54,606 nt of DNA from an uncultured Armatimonadia bacterium (GTDB lineage: Bacteria; Armatimonadota; Zipacnadia; Zipacnadales; UBA11051), in NCBI GenBank assembly GCA_964498775.1, contig CAZCJS010000002.1:6142-60747 (forward strand), written 5' to 3'. Shown here in pieces: positions 16,757 to 25,230 of the stretch; the stretch's first letter is position 1, and each line of letters opens with the position of its first letter. The notes beneath the pieces are model-generated. The model saw nothing but the letters and a program-made list of their open reading frames with translations, had not been told where the DNA came from and searched no databases. Position numbers and translations under genes: made by a program.

Positions 16757-18895
16757 ATGGATATCCTCCGCAAATCCTTCGAACAGAGCGACCTCATGGT
16801 GGCGGCCGGTGTCATCGGCCTCATCGCCATGATGATCATACCAGTACCCCAGATCGTCCTCGACATGATGATCACGCTTAACTTTGCCTTGGCTCTCTGC
16901 ATCCTCCTCGTCGCCATGTATGTCGAGAAGCCGCTGGATTTCTCGATCTTCCCGCCACTCCTGCTCATCGGCACGCTCTTTCGCCTCGCTCTCAACATCT
17001 CCTCGACGCGCCTGATTCTTCTCTACGCCGAGGCCGGCCAGGTCATCGAGGCCTTCGGCCATTTCGTAGTCGGCGGCGACCTCGTTGTCGGCCTCGTGAT
17101 TTTCCTTATACTCATCATCATCCAGTTCGTCGTCATCACCAGTGGCTCTCAGCGGGTCGCCGAGGTCGCCGCCCGTTTCACTCTCGACGAGATGCCCGGA
17201 AAGCAGATGAGCATAGACGCCGACCTCAACGCCGGCCTCATCAATGAGACCGACGCCCGCCAGCGGCGCAAGCATATCGAGCGCGAAGCTGATTTCTATG
17301 GCGCTATGGATGGCGCCAGCAAGTTCGTGCGCGGCGACGCCATTGCCGCAATCATCATCGTCGTCGTCAACATCATCGGCGGCCTGGCCATCGGCGTACT
17401 CCGCCACCACTTGGCTGCCGCCGAGGCTCTCCAGCGTTACGCTCTACTCACTGTCGGCGACGGCCTCGTCAGCCAGATTCCCGCCCTCCTCATCTCCACC
17501 GCCACCGGCATCGTCGTCACTCGTGCCGCCTCCGAAGACCATCTCGGCAAAGAGGTCATGACGCAGATATTCGCTCAGCCACGCGCCCTCATGATCGTCG
17601 CTGTCATGCTGCTATTCTTCGGCCTCGTACCCGGACTTCCCAAGTTCAGTTTCCTCGGCGCCGCAGTTGTCGCCGGAAGCATCTCCTGGATCGTCTCACG
17701 CCGCGCTCCTCAGGTCGAACAGGAGCCAGACGAGCTATCCGAGCCGCCCCCCGAAGACGCCCTTGACGAAATCCTCCATATTGACCGCCTTAGCCTTGAC
17801 ATCGGCTACAACCTCGTCGGCCTCGTCGGCTCCAGCGAGGAGTTCCAGGTTTCACCGCAAGCCGTGTCTACCCCGGATGATCTACTCGAACGCATCGCCG
17901 GGGTCCGCAAGCAGCTTGGCCGCGACATGGGCATCGTCATGCCCGCTGTCCGCATCCGCGACGACATGTCAATGCCTCCCAATGCGTATGTCATCAAGCT
18001 TAAGGGTGCCGAGGTCGGTAGGGGAGATGTTTATCCCGGACTCCTGCTGGCCATGGCTTCCGATCCGACTGCGGAGCCGATTGGTGGACGTGACACCCGC
18101 GAGCCGGTTTTCGGCTTGTCTGCCAAGTGGATTGAGCTGGACAACCGCGCAGTCGCCGAAGCTCGCGGCTACACCGTAGTCGAGCCGGCCACCGTCATTG
18201 CCACTCATTTCGCCGAAATCGTCAAGTCAAAAGCTGCCGAAATCCTCAACCGCCAGGACGTTCAGGCGCTCATCGAGCGCGTCCGCACGACCCAACCCGC
18301 CGTCGTCACCGAGCTCATTCCGGAGATGGCGTCAGTCGGCCAGATCCAGGCGGTCCTCCGCAGCTTGCTTACCGAGCGAGTGCCGATCCGCGACATGCCG
18401 ACGATACTCGAGGCCCTCGCCGACGCCTTGCGCGTTACTGAGGACATCGAAGAGGCAACTGAGATCGTGCGGCTGGCACTCGCCCGTTTCATCAACGAGC
18501 AGTACCGCGACCAGAACGAACCCCTCCATGTCATCACTGTGCACCCCGAAGTCGAATCTCAGATTGCCGAAAATACCGCGAGGACCCTGCAGGGCTCGGT
18601 CTGCGCGGTTGAGCCGGGCCTCATGCAGCAGATGATACGGAGTGCGAAGGAGGCAATCGAGCACACGATTGCACGCGGATACGAACCGGTGATACTTACC
18701 TCGCCGGGGGTTCGCCGCCACCTCCGCGCGCTTCTCGGGCGCTATTTCCCAGCCGTGCCGGTATTGTCACACGCTGAGATCGTGCCCGAGATCGAGGTCC
18801 AGGCTGCGGGTATGATCCAGCTTCCGGGGCCGACGCTTGTCGAGGCGGGCGCTCAGTCGGTACCCGACGTCGGCTCCACCCTCTCCGCCGCCTAG
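16757..18895 (+). CDS. flhA: flagellar export apparatus protein FlhA
   Basis: 712 aa from ATG 16757 (MDILRKSFEQSDLMVAAGVIGLIAMMIIPVP). FHIPEP region VITSGSQRVAEVAARFTLDEMPGKQMSIDADLNAGLI...FYGAMDGASKFVRGDAIA. The track ORF begins 16 codons earlier at a GTG. Confidence 0.93.
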   Translation: MDILRKSFEQSDLMVAAGVIGLIAMMIIPVPQIVLDMMITLNFALALCILLVAMYVEKPLDFSIFPPLLLIGTLFRLALNISSTRLILLYAEAGQVIEAFGHFVVGGDLVVGLVIFLILIIIQFVVITSGSQRVAEVAARFTLDEMPGKQMSIDADLNAGLINETDARQRRKHIEREADFYGAMDGASKFVRGDAIAAIIIVVVNIIGGLAIGVLRHHLAAAEALQRYALLTVGDGLVSQIPALLISTATGIVVTRAASEDHLGKEVMTQIFAQPRALMIVAVMLLFFGLVPGLPKFSFLGAAVVAGSISWIVSRRAPQVEQEPDELSEPPPEDALDEILHIDRLSLDIGYNLVGLVGSSEEFQVSPQAVSTPDDLLERIAGVRKQLGRDMGIVMPAVRIRDDMSMPPNAYVIKLKGAEVGRGDVYPGLLLAMASDPTAEPIGGRDTREPVFGLSAKWIELDNRAVAEARGYTVVEPATVIATHFAEIVKSKAAEILNRQDVQALIERVRTTQPAVVTELIPEMASVGQIQAVLRSLLTERVPIRDMPTILEALADALRVTEDIEEATEIVRLALARFINEQYRDQNEPLHVITVHPEVESQIAENTARTLQGSVCAVEPGLMQQMIRSAKEAIEHTIARGYEPVILTSPGVRRHLRALLGRYFPAVPVLSHAEIVPEIEVQAAGMIQLPGPTLVEAGAQSVPDVGSTLSAA

Positions 18896-18926
18896 CTGCA
18901 CCATCTTGCACCGATCTGCCCCTGCC

Positions 18927-18942
18927 TGGCCCGACAATTGCA
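18927..18942 (+). promoter_or_regulatory. candidate sigma-54 (-24/-12) promoter for the fliA-like sigma factor gene
   Basis: TGGCCC-gacaa-TTGCA. Exact GG-N10-GC spacing and one mismatch to TGGCAC-N5-TTGCA. 32 nt after the flhA stop and 43 nt before ATG 18985. Confidence 0.5.
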
Positions 18943-18984
18943 GAGGGATTTTAGTGCCTGCTCTCACAACCCGGCAGCCGAGCG

Positions 18985-19809
18985 ATGACACAGGGGGCAA
19001 TCATGACGCGGCAACCTCAACGAGAAGACGAATTCGAGCGCCGCAGGGACGAACAGGCCGGTTCCTCTGCCTCGCCTGATACCTTTGCCGATGGTTCCCA
19101 GTACCGCGATCTGATTGACCAGTACGCTTATGTCGTCAAAGCCGTCATCTCCCGCCTCGACTGCTGTCTTCCCCCGGAGGTTGATCGCGGACTGCTCATC
19201 GGTAAGGCCATAATGGCGCTGGTGGACACAGCTCACCAGACACCGCCGGGTGACTTCTTCGAGCAGCAGGCACGCAGCAACATCTGGAAGACGATCGTCA
19301 AGTGGCTTGCCGACCAGCCGTGGTTACGCCGCCGCCTCAAGCAGTCCGCGGATAGGCTCTACGAAGCCTACATCGCCGTTCTCCAGCGCATGGAACATAC
19401 TCGGCGCTCTTCGGACGGCCCGCTCGACCCGGGTGCGTTGGCCCGCCAGCTCCAGGTCACAGACGTCCAGCTCGAGCAGTGGCTCAACGAGGTCGGTGCC
19501 TATTTCACTGCTTGGCCGCGCAGCTTCCTCGGGGTTGATAAATCCGTCGGCGCCAGCGCTACTGATGTAGAGTTTGGGCAGCAAACTCCGATGGGCTGCG
19601 AAGCATCCCCCAAGTTTGGCCCCCCCAAGCTTGCATCATTTATCTCAAAGTTACCTCCCAGAGCGCGCCTGGTGGTCACGCTTTCTCACTACGAGGAGTT
19701 AAGCCACGACGAGATTGCCATGATCATGGATATACCCGTGGAAGAGGTCCGCCGCACTTATGCGGAGGCCGGCCTTCAGCTTCGCGCCATGCTCGCTGAT
19801 GCCGCCTGA
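18985..19809 (+). CDS. fliA: RNA polymerase sigma factor, FliA/WhiG (sigma-28) family candidate
   Basis: Region 4 HTH LPPRARLVVTLSHYEELSHDEIAMIMDIPVEEVRRTYAEAGLQLRAML. Region 2-like YAYVVKAVISRL...LLIGKAIMALVDTA...FEQQARSNIWKTIVKWL. Located directly after flhA, the usual fliA neighbourhood. Start uncertain (18985 or 19003). Confidence 0.65.
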   Translation: MTQGAIMTRQPQREDEFERRRDEQAGSSASPDTFADGSQYRDLIDQYAYVVKAVISRLDCCLPPEVDRGLLIGKAIMALVDTAHQTPPGDFFEQQARSNIWKTIVKWLADQPWLRRRLKQSADRLYEAYIAVLQRMEHTRRSSDGPLDPGALARQLQVTDVQLEQWLNEVGAYFTAWPRSFLGVDKSVGASATDVEFGQQTPMGCEASPKFGPPKLASFISKLPPRARLVVTLSHYEELSHDEIAMIMDIPVEEVRRTYAEAGLQLRAMLADAA

Positions 19810-19911
19810 CACGGACCGTTTTTCAGCCGCTTTCCCCGAAGAGCCTTTGCTTGCCCTTCTGTGCGCCTGCTTTACCAACTGACCTTCCCGTTCGCCCATC
19901 CTCAACAAAAC

Positions 19912-20697
19912 TCATACTCCCAGAACACGCACGAACGCGACGATATATTCCTTCAAGTCGCTAACCAGTAGCGCGACGGTATAGAGCAGCAAGGGCGCTG
20001 AAACACTGAGTACTGCCAGGCCGACGAGTAGCTTGGCCGGAATCCCGACGAGGAACACATTCATCTGTGGCACTACGCGGGCGATGAAGCCGAAAGCCAG
20101 ATCTGTCAGGAAAACTGCTGCCATGGCTGGAGCCGCCAGCCGCAGCCCGACTGAGAAGATGCTGCCGACGAGGTCCAGTATCAGCTCAACGAGGCCGTGG
20201 CTGAAGTTTGCGCCACCTAGCGGGACGATCTCGAAGCTGTGGCCCAGCCCGGCCAGTACCCAGTGGTGCCCATCAAGCTCCAGGAAAATGATCAGCGCCA
20301 CGAAGTAGTATGCCCGGGAGATGACCGCCGTCTGATTCGTAGTCGCCGGATCCAGCGCTGTAGCCTGCGACAGGCCGATCTGTACATCGAGGGCCTCGCC
20401 GGCGAAACGAATGGCCTCAAAGAGCAGCGAGAGCCCGAAACCGATGACCGCACCGAACGCCAGTTCAGTGAAGATGGCGATGATGTAAGCGCCGAGGCCG
20501 GAGAATTCGACTATCTGCGCGCGGGAGATATGGGCTCCCATAATCGCGCCCAACGACAACGCGAAGCAGGCACGTACGGAAACCGGTACCGCGTGCGCAG
20601 AAAAAGCCGGTGCAAATGCCACGATCCCGACGATGCGCACCACCGCCAGAAGCTGGACATATATATAGGGGAAGAGCGCGTCAGTGAGGCTTGCCAT
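19912..20697 (-). CDS. fliR: flagellar export apparatus protein FliR
   Basis: 261 aa polytopic membrane protein. Last gene of the fliOPQR order. FPYIYVQLLAVVRIVGIVAFAPAFS... is a typical FliR N-terminus. Confidence 0.88.
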   Translation of the reverse strand: MASLTDALFPYIYVQLLAVVRIVGIVAFAPAFSAHAVPVSVRACFALSLGAIMGAHISRAQIVEFSGLGAYIIAIFTELAFGAVIGFGLSLLFEAIRFAGEALDVQIGLSQATALDPATTNQTAVISRAYYFVALIIFLELDGHHWVLAGLGHSFEIVPLGGANFSHGLVELILDLVGSIFSVGLRLAAPAMAAVFLTDLAFGFIARVVPQMNVFLVGIPAKLLVGLAVLSVSAPLLLYTVALLVSDLKEYIVAFVRVLGV

Positions 20698-20733
20698 GGC
20701 CGGTGGGTTCGCAGTCCTTTCTCCACCATCCCC

Positions 20734-21003
20734 TCAGCGCACCAGGTCCCCCATCCGCTCGAACAGACCTGTGGTGAATACCACCATCGTCTCCATCATC
20801 CATGAGCCGAAGAACAGCACCACGGCGGCAATGCCCACGGCCTTCGGCACGAACGTGAGGGTCATCTCCTGGATCTGAGTGATGGCCTGAAAGAGACCGA
20901 TGGATACACCGATGAGAAGCGCGGTGCCGAGCACTGGCCCGGCGATCTTCAGCGATACCCAGAATGTCTGGTGCAGGAGTTCCAGAACAATCGTATCAGT
21001 CAT
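20734..21003 (-). CDS. fliQ: flagellar export apparatus protein FliQ
   Basis: 89 aa from the ATG at 21003 (GGAGG 6 nt upstream). MTDTIVLELLHQTFWVSLKIAGPVLGTALLIGVSIGLFQAITQIQEMTLTFVPK. The track ORF is 16 codons longer. Confidence 0.9.
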   Translation of the reverse strand: MTDTIVLELLHQTFWVSLKIAGPVLGTALLIGVSIGLFQAITQIQEMTLTFVPKAVGIAAVVLFFGSWMMETMVVFTTGLFERMGDLVR

Positions 21004-21067
21004 CGTCGTTCCTCCGGAAAATCTTCGGTCTTCCAGACTGATGCACCGCACCTACGCCGGCGCGGCG

Positions 21068-21913
21068 TCAGTGGAAGCTCAATATCACCGACTTCACCAG
21101 CAGGTGCCAGCCGTCAATCATCACGAAGAGCAATATCTTGAACGGAAGCGAGATCATCACTGGCGGCAGCATGAACATTCCCATACTCATCAGCGAACTC
21201 GCCACGACTATATCCACGACCAGGAAGGGGATGTAGATGACGAAGGCAAGCTGGAAGGCGGACTTCAGTTCACTGATGACGAATGCGGGCATGGTGATGT
21301 AGAAGGGGAGTTGCTCGGGGCTGTCAGGGCGCGGCGCGGCGGACATCTTCACGAACAGCGCCAGGTCCTTATCGCGGGTCTGACGCAGCATGAATGAGCG
21401 CAACGGGCCGCCGGCGGCTTCCATCGCAGCCTGGTAATTGATTTCCCCCGCCATGTAGGGCGCGATAGCATCAGTGTTGATGGCCTGCCAGACGGGCTGC
21501 ATGATGAAGAATGTCAGGAACAGAGCCATTCCGACGAGCACGGTGTTCGGAGGTGTCTGCTGGATACCGAGGGCCTGACGCAGGAAACCCAGCACGATCA
21601 CGATGCGCGTGAAGGACGTCACCATCATCAGTAGCGCCGGCGCCAGCGACAGAACCGCCAGCCCGATGACGATACGCAGCGCGAGCACGAGATCATCTGG
21701 TTCGGCTGGGCCGATCATATCGGCCGGCAGTTTCGGCATCATCGGCGGCGCCTGGGCATGTGCCGCCGGTGACAACGATAGTAGCATGACGACGATGAAG
21801 AGCCACCGGCAAGTACGGATTCGCCCACCCGGCTCAACCCGTACCGGCAACAACGCGTCCGCCGCACCGCAAATGCAAGGCTGGAAGACGACCTCGGAAA
21901 CCCGCCGCATCAC
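21068..21913 (-). CDS. fliP: flagellar export apparatus protein FliP
   Basis: FTRIVIVLGFLRQALGIQQTPPNTVLVGMALFLTFFIMQPV and FVISELKSAFQLAFVIYIPFLVVDIVVASSLMSMGM. N-terminal signal-like segment. The ATG overlaps the fliO stop (ATGA). Confidence 0.92.
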   Translation of the reverse strand: MMRRVSEVVFQPCICGAADALLPVRVEPGGRIRTCRWLFIVVMLLSLSPAAHAQAPPMMPKLPADMIGPAEPDDLVLALRIVIGLAVLSLAPALLMMVTSFTRIVIVLGFLRQALGIQQTPPNTVLVGMALFLTFFIMQPVWQAINTDAIAPYMAGEINYQAAMEAAGGPLRSFMLRQTRDKDLALFVKMSAAPRPDSPEQLPFYITMPAFVISELKSAFQLAFVIYIPFLVVDIVVASSLMSMGMFMLPPVMISLPFKILLFVMIDGWHLLVKSVILSFH

Positions 21914-22671
21914 GACTCTATGGACCCCTGCAGCGCGCGAACCAGCGCGTCGCGCTTCTGCTCCCAGTCAGTGACCCGCCGTGAATCCTCGCGGAAGGAA
22001 CTGTCCGCTCTGTCCGAGGAGGCCCGCCTTGCAGGAGCCACTGCTCCCTCGGTCATTGCCACCTCATTGTCGAAAGAAACGGACTCGTGCTGAACCGGCA
22101 AAGACGAGGTATCCATTCCCTCCATCTCGAAGGTTGAGTTCCCGGTCAGCAGTGTCACCTTGTCGCCAACGGCCGAAATGAGCAGACTCCGCGACCCGAA
22201 CGCAACAACATACAGATACCCTGCCGAGCCCAGCGAGACTCTCTCGCGAACGCGGATCAGTCCTCCCCGCCCACCACCGGGAGTCGCAATCCCCCGAACT
22301 CGCCACTTCGCCCAGCCCCATAGCCCGGCGTACAGAAGACCCGCGGTTAGGGCCAACTTGCCGAGCAACGCACTGATCGAGACCGGCTGGATATCGCCAC
22401 CTATCTGCACAGAATCTGATGATTGCCCTGGATCACCGAGGCTACCGTGAGGGCGGGGAGGGGATGATGGCAGCCAATCGGGGGCAATGGACTCCGATGA
22501 TGGCGCGGAACTCGAATCCACCCCCTGGGGGAATGTCGGAGCAATACCCAGGGCGAAGAGCAGGAGGCACGAGGCAAGCGGCGTCAAAACCGACCTCTTT
22601 GTGCAGGATGCGCGTCGTCCAGAACTCTGAGGCAGGGCAGAAATGGGCAGGCGAAAATGAAAAGCGGGCAT
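21910..22671 (-). CDS. fliO: FliO-like flagellar biosynthesis protein with an extended N-terminus
   Basis: TM segment LLGKLALTAGLLYAGLWGWAKW followed by LIRVRERVSLGSAGYLYVVAFGSRSLLISAVGDKVTLL (FliO pattern). Immediately upstream of fliP. The ATG at 22671 has GGAGGA 7 nt upstream; the track ORF starts at 22686. Confidence 0.7.
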   Translation of the reverse strand: MPAFHFRLPISALPQSSGRRASCTKRSVLTPLASCLLLFALGIAPTFPQGVDSSSAPSSESIAPDWLPSSPPRPHGSLGDPGQSSDSVQIGGDIQPVSISALLGKLALTAGLLYAGLWGWAKWRVRGIATPGGGRGGLIRVRERVSLGSAGYLYVVAFGSRSLLISAVGDKVTLLTGNSTFEMEGMDTSSLPVQHESVSFDNEVAMTEGAVAPARRASSDRADSSFREDSRRVTDWEQKRDALVRALQGSIES

Positions 22672-22703
22672 CTTTGTATCCTCCATTCAGATGCCCTGCA
22701 AAC

Positions 22704-22719
22704 AGCAATTTATGTGCCG
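22704..22719 (-). promoter_or_regulatory. candidate sigma-54 (-24/-12) promoter for fliOPQR
   Basis: Minus strand reads cGGCAC-ataaa-TTGCT. GG-N10-GC spacing is exact, with 5/6 and 5/5 matches to TGGCAC-N5-TTGCW. About 33 nt upstream of the fliO ATG, with GGAGGA between them. Confidence 0.55.
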
Positions 22720-22764
22720 CCGCACATAGGCCCATATTCCCACGGTCTGCCGCCGTAGTTGACG

Positions 22765-22816
22765 CGACAAACAACAAAGGGCACCGATGGCGGACGGCAT
22801 CTCGAATCATCGGCCC
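22765..22816 (-). terminator. terminator candidate after the YjzC-like gene
   Basis: Minus strand reads GGGCCGATG...CATCGGTGCCC (9 bp with a 2-nt bulge) followed by TTTGTTGTTTG. Lies between the small gene and the fliO sigma-54 motif. Confidence 0.4.
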
Positions 22817-22849
22817 GACGGAATCACATCACAGGTCGGATCTGGAGAC

Positions 22850-23071
22850 CTATCCCTTCTTCTTTGGTTTGGCCTTTGGCTTGGCGACGGCTTTCTCCTT
22901 CTCGACGAAGACGTACTTCTGGCCCTTCTCCGGTGTCGGCGGGAGCTTGGCGCCGCGCTTCGCTGTGGCCGTACGGTTGGTTTTTCCTCCACGAGCACCA
23001 ACGACTGCATAGGTGCCGGCCCGGGGAGCCTTCTGCCCGGGACTTAACATGTCCGCGCTCTTCTTTGCCAT
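22850..23071 (-). CDS. small basic protein, YjzC-like core with a Lys-rich tail
   Basis: 73 aa. LSPGQKAPRAGTYAVVGARGGK...GAKLPPTPEKGQKYVFVEK resembles the YjzC pattern (PGQKAP..G.Y...G..G.....G...P.T) as I recall it. GGGAGG lies upstream. Confidence 0.45.
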   Translation of the reverse strand: MAKKSADMLSPGQKAPRAGTYAVVGARGGKTNRTATAKRGAKLPPTPEKGQKYVFVEKEKAVAKPKAKPKKKG

Positions 23072-23289
23072 GAGATATTTCCTCCCTATATATACATCTG
23101 CCGCTACGGCAATGCTTCGCCTGGATGAATGAGAGTTCCTCTTTTTGGTGGAAGGAATAATCTAAATGTTTGAGCATGCAGGCCGCAAAGAGGAGTTGGG
23201 GATACTGCCCAGCGCATTGAGTTTCCCCTCGAAACCACCTCGCATCAGCAGTACTCTCAAATTATATTGCGAAATGTCGCGATTATAAG

Positions 23290-23318
23290 TTGACCGAGGG
23301 AAACGGAGAGCCTATAAT
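23290..23318 (+). promoter_or_regulatory. sigma-70 type promoter of pseudopilin-like copy 5
   Basis: TTGACC-N17-TATAAT, 68 nt upstream of the ATG. The 5' UTR contains the inverted repeat GATGTC-aca-GACATC (23347-23361). Confidence 0.7.
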
Positions 23319-23385
23319 AATAGATACATTGGTGTGAGATGCGAGGGATGTCACAGACATCCACCGCAAAAAAAGAGGAGGGATT

Positions 23386-24015
23386 ATGATGCGCAAAGGC
23401 TTTACGCTCATCGAACTACTGGTGGTCATTGCGATTATCGCCATTCTGGCCGCCATCCTGTTCCCGGTGTTCGCAAGGGCCCGGGAAAAGGCACGACAGT
23501 CCAACTGTTTGTCCAATGTAAAGCAGCAGGTTCTCGGGATGATGATGTACGCGCAGGACTACGACGAAATGCTGATGTCAATCTACTACGACCTCGATGA
23601 CAGCGACAGCTATACTGTGGCTGATACGACCTGGATTAATGTCGTCATACCGTATGTGAAGAACAGCCAGATTTTCCAGTGCCCGAGCAAGAAGACTTGG
23701 ACCTATGGCTACGCAGCGAACTATAGCTATTGGAGCAGCTTGGATGGCTACACACCTCCGATGGGCCGAGCGCTTGCAGAAATGGCCAGGCCGTCTGAGA
23801 CGGTACTGGTGATGGATAACAACTCCTCCAGCCAGATGTGGTACTCATGGGAGGCCTGGGGCGATACGCCGACATACAGTTCCTTGCTCCCCGACCGCCA
23901 CAATGACGGTTTGAACGTGGGCTACTGCGACGGACACGCCAAGTGGGGTAAGCGCAGCGACATCGGCGGCGCCGCAGCCACCGTCTGGCCCAACTGGACG
24001 ATAGAGGACGACTAG
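23386..24015 (+). CDS. prepilin-type H-X9-DG pseudopilin-like protein, copy 5
   Basis: [48 protein letters not shown]-terminal [24 protein letters not shown] upstream. Preceded by a consensus promoter and followed by a terminator hairpin. Confidence 0.9.
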   Translation: MMRKGFTLIELLVVIAIIAILAAILFPVFARAREKARQSNCLSNVKQQVLGMMMYAQDYDEMLMSIYYDLDDSDSYTVADTTWINVVIPYVKNSQIFQCPSKKTWTYGYAANYSYWSSLDGYTPPMGRALAEMARPSETVLVMDNNSSSQMWYSWEAWGDTPTYSSLLPDRHNDGLNVGYCDGHAKWGKRSDIGGAAATVWPNWTIEDD

Positions 24016-24040
24016 GCAGCAGTCGGGAAATTCGACACAC

Positions 24041-24076
24041 AAAGGGCGGCCTGATAGGGGGTCGCCCTTTTTCTTT
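24041..24076 (+). terminator. rho-independent terminator after pseudopilin-like copy 5
   Basis: AAAGGGCGGCC...GGGTCGCCCTTT stem (8 perfect bp plus extension) followed by TTCTTT. 26 nt after the stop. Confidence 0.65.
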
Positions 24077-24316
24077 GGTGCGCCCGCCGGGTACGCAATC
24101 GCCTGCTGCGACAGTGCTTCTTGAATGTCGGGATGGAGCCGAAGAGGGAGTCTCACGGGCAATACAGACGGCGCTACGGCGAATTCCACCCCGGGGCTAG
24201 CGCTTGCTTTGAGATACCATATAGATAGCTAGTGGCTGCCATCCTGGATGGTGCAGAGTTGTAACGTCCCCGTTTGTCAGCAAGACGAATCACTGCGGGA
24301 TTGCTTGCTTTTTTCC

Positions 24317-24344
24317 TCAATGCCGGCCTGTATCTAACCGATAT
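24317..24344 (+). promoter_or_regulatory. weak sigma-28-like motif upstream of flgF
   Basis: TCAA-N16-ACCGATAT, about 95 nt upstream of the flgF ATG. Mismatches in both elements and spacing off by one. Confidence 0.25.
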
Positions 24345-24437
24345 ATGTTTGGGAGAGGCTTCTTAGGGGCTTTTCTGCTCTGCTGCTCGCCGTCGAGTAG
24401 ACGGGTAGGGGAGAGTTGTGAGATAGGAAGCTTCCAC

Positions 24438-25181
24438 ATGATCAGAGGCCTTTACTCGGCCGCCTCCGGTATCGCCACCCAGACAGCGAAAAACGCCGTA
24501 TATGCTGCGAATCTGGCAAATGTCTCCACTGCCGGATATCGCCGCAGCCGCGTCACCCAGACCGGTTTCCCACGGGATCTGGCGATATCGAACTTGCTTT
24601 CCGACGCCTCGGCTTCCTCCGGCGCGACTGGTGGTTTGCGCGGCGGCGTTACCGTATCTGCCGCCGGCATAGAGCTCTCCCCTGGCCCGATTTCCCAGAC
24701 CAACAATGATTTTGACCTGGCCATTTCCGGCGCAGGCTTCTTCTGCCTCAACTCCCCACAGGGCGTCATATTCACCCGTAGCGGCCAATTCCAGCTTGAT
24801 GCGAGCAACACGCTGGTATCGCGAAGCGGCTATCCGGTGCAGGGGCGCGGCGGTTCGATTCGCGTTACCTCCGGTTCCCTGAGAGTTGACGAAAGCGGGC
24901 AGATTTGGGACGGCGGGCAGCCCGTTGACACCCTCCGCATTGTGACCTTCGCCGACTCGGCCGCCCTGACGAAAACCCAGGGCGGACTGCTCGCTGCCGG
25001 CGGCTGGCAACCGGCAACCGGCTACAAAATTATCCAGGGCGCGGTCGAAGGCTCGAATGTCGAGGCGATGTCGGAGATGCAGAAGATGATGAATGGCCTG
25101 CGCCTATACGAGGCGAACGTGCGCGCGCTGCAGGCCCAGGACGACAGCATCGCGACACTATTGCGCGAGGCCGTCGGGTAG
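24438..25181 (+). CDS. flgF: flagellar basal-body rod protein FlgF
   Basis: 247 aa from ATG 24438. MIRGLYSAASGIATQTAKNAVYAANLANVSTAGYRR. C-terminus IIQGAVEGSNVEAMSEMQKMMNGLRLYEANVRALQAQDD. Directly upstream of flgG. The track ORF extends 31 codons upstream. Confidence 0.85.
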   Translation: MIRGLYSAASGIATQTAKNAVYAANLANVSTAGYRRSRVTQTGFPRDLAISNLLSDASASSGATGGLRGGVTVSAAGIELSPGPISQTNNDFDLAISGAGFFCLNSPQGVIFTRSGQFQLDASNTLVSRSGYPVQGRGGSIRVTSGSLRVDESGQIWDGGQPVDTLRIVTFADSAALTKTQGGLLAAGGWQPATGYKIIQGAVEGSNVEAMSEMQKMMNGLRLYEANVRALQAQDDSIATLLREAVG

Positions 25182-25230
25182 GCCGGCACCTACACATAAT
25201 AATATGTAATGAAAAGGAGAGATGGTAGCG

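Noticed and set aside
15254-17410. Long overlapping ORFs around flhB and flhA (15254-16162 +, 15556-16473 -, 16589-17410 -)
   Set aside because: They are alternative-frame or antisense to flhB and flhA, which have unambiguous signatures. Composition is low-complexity Pro/Ser/Ala or Asp/Glu/Gly, a high-GC artefact.
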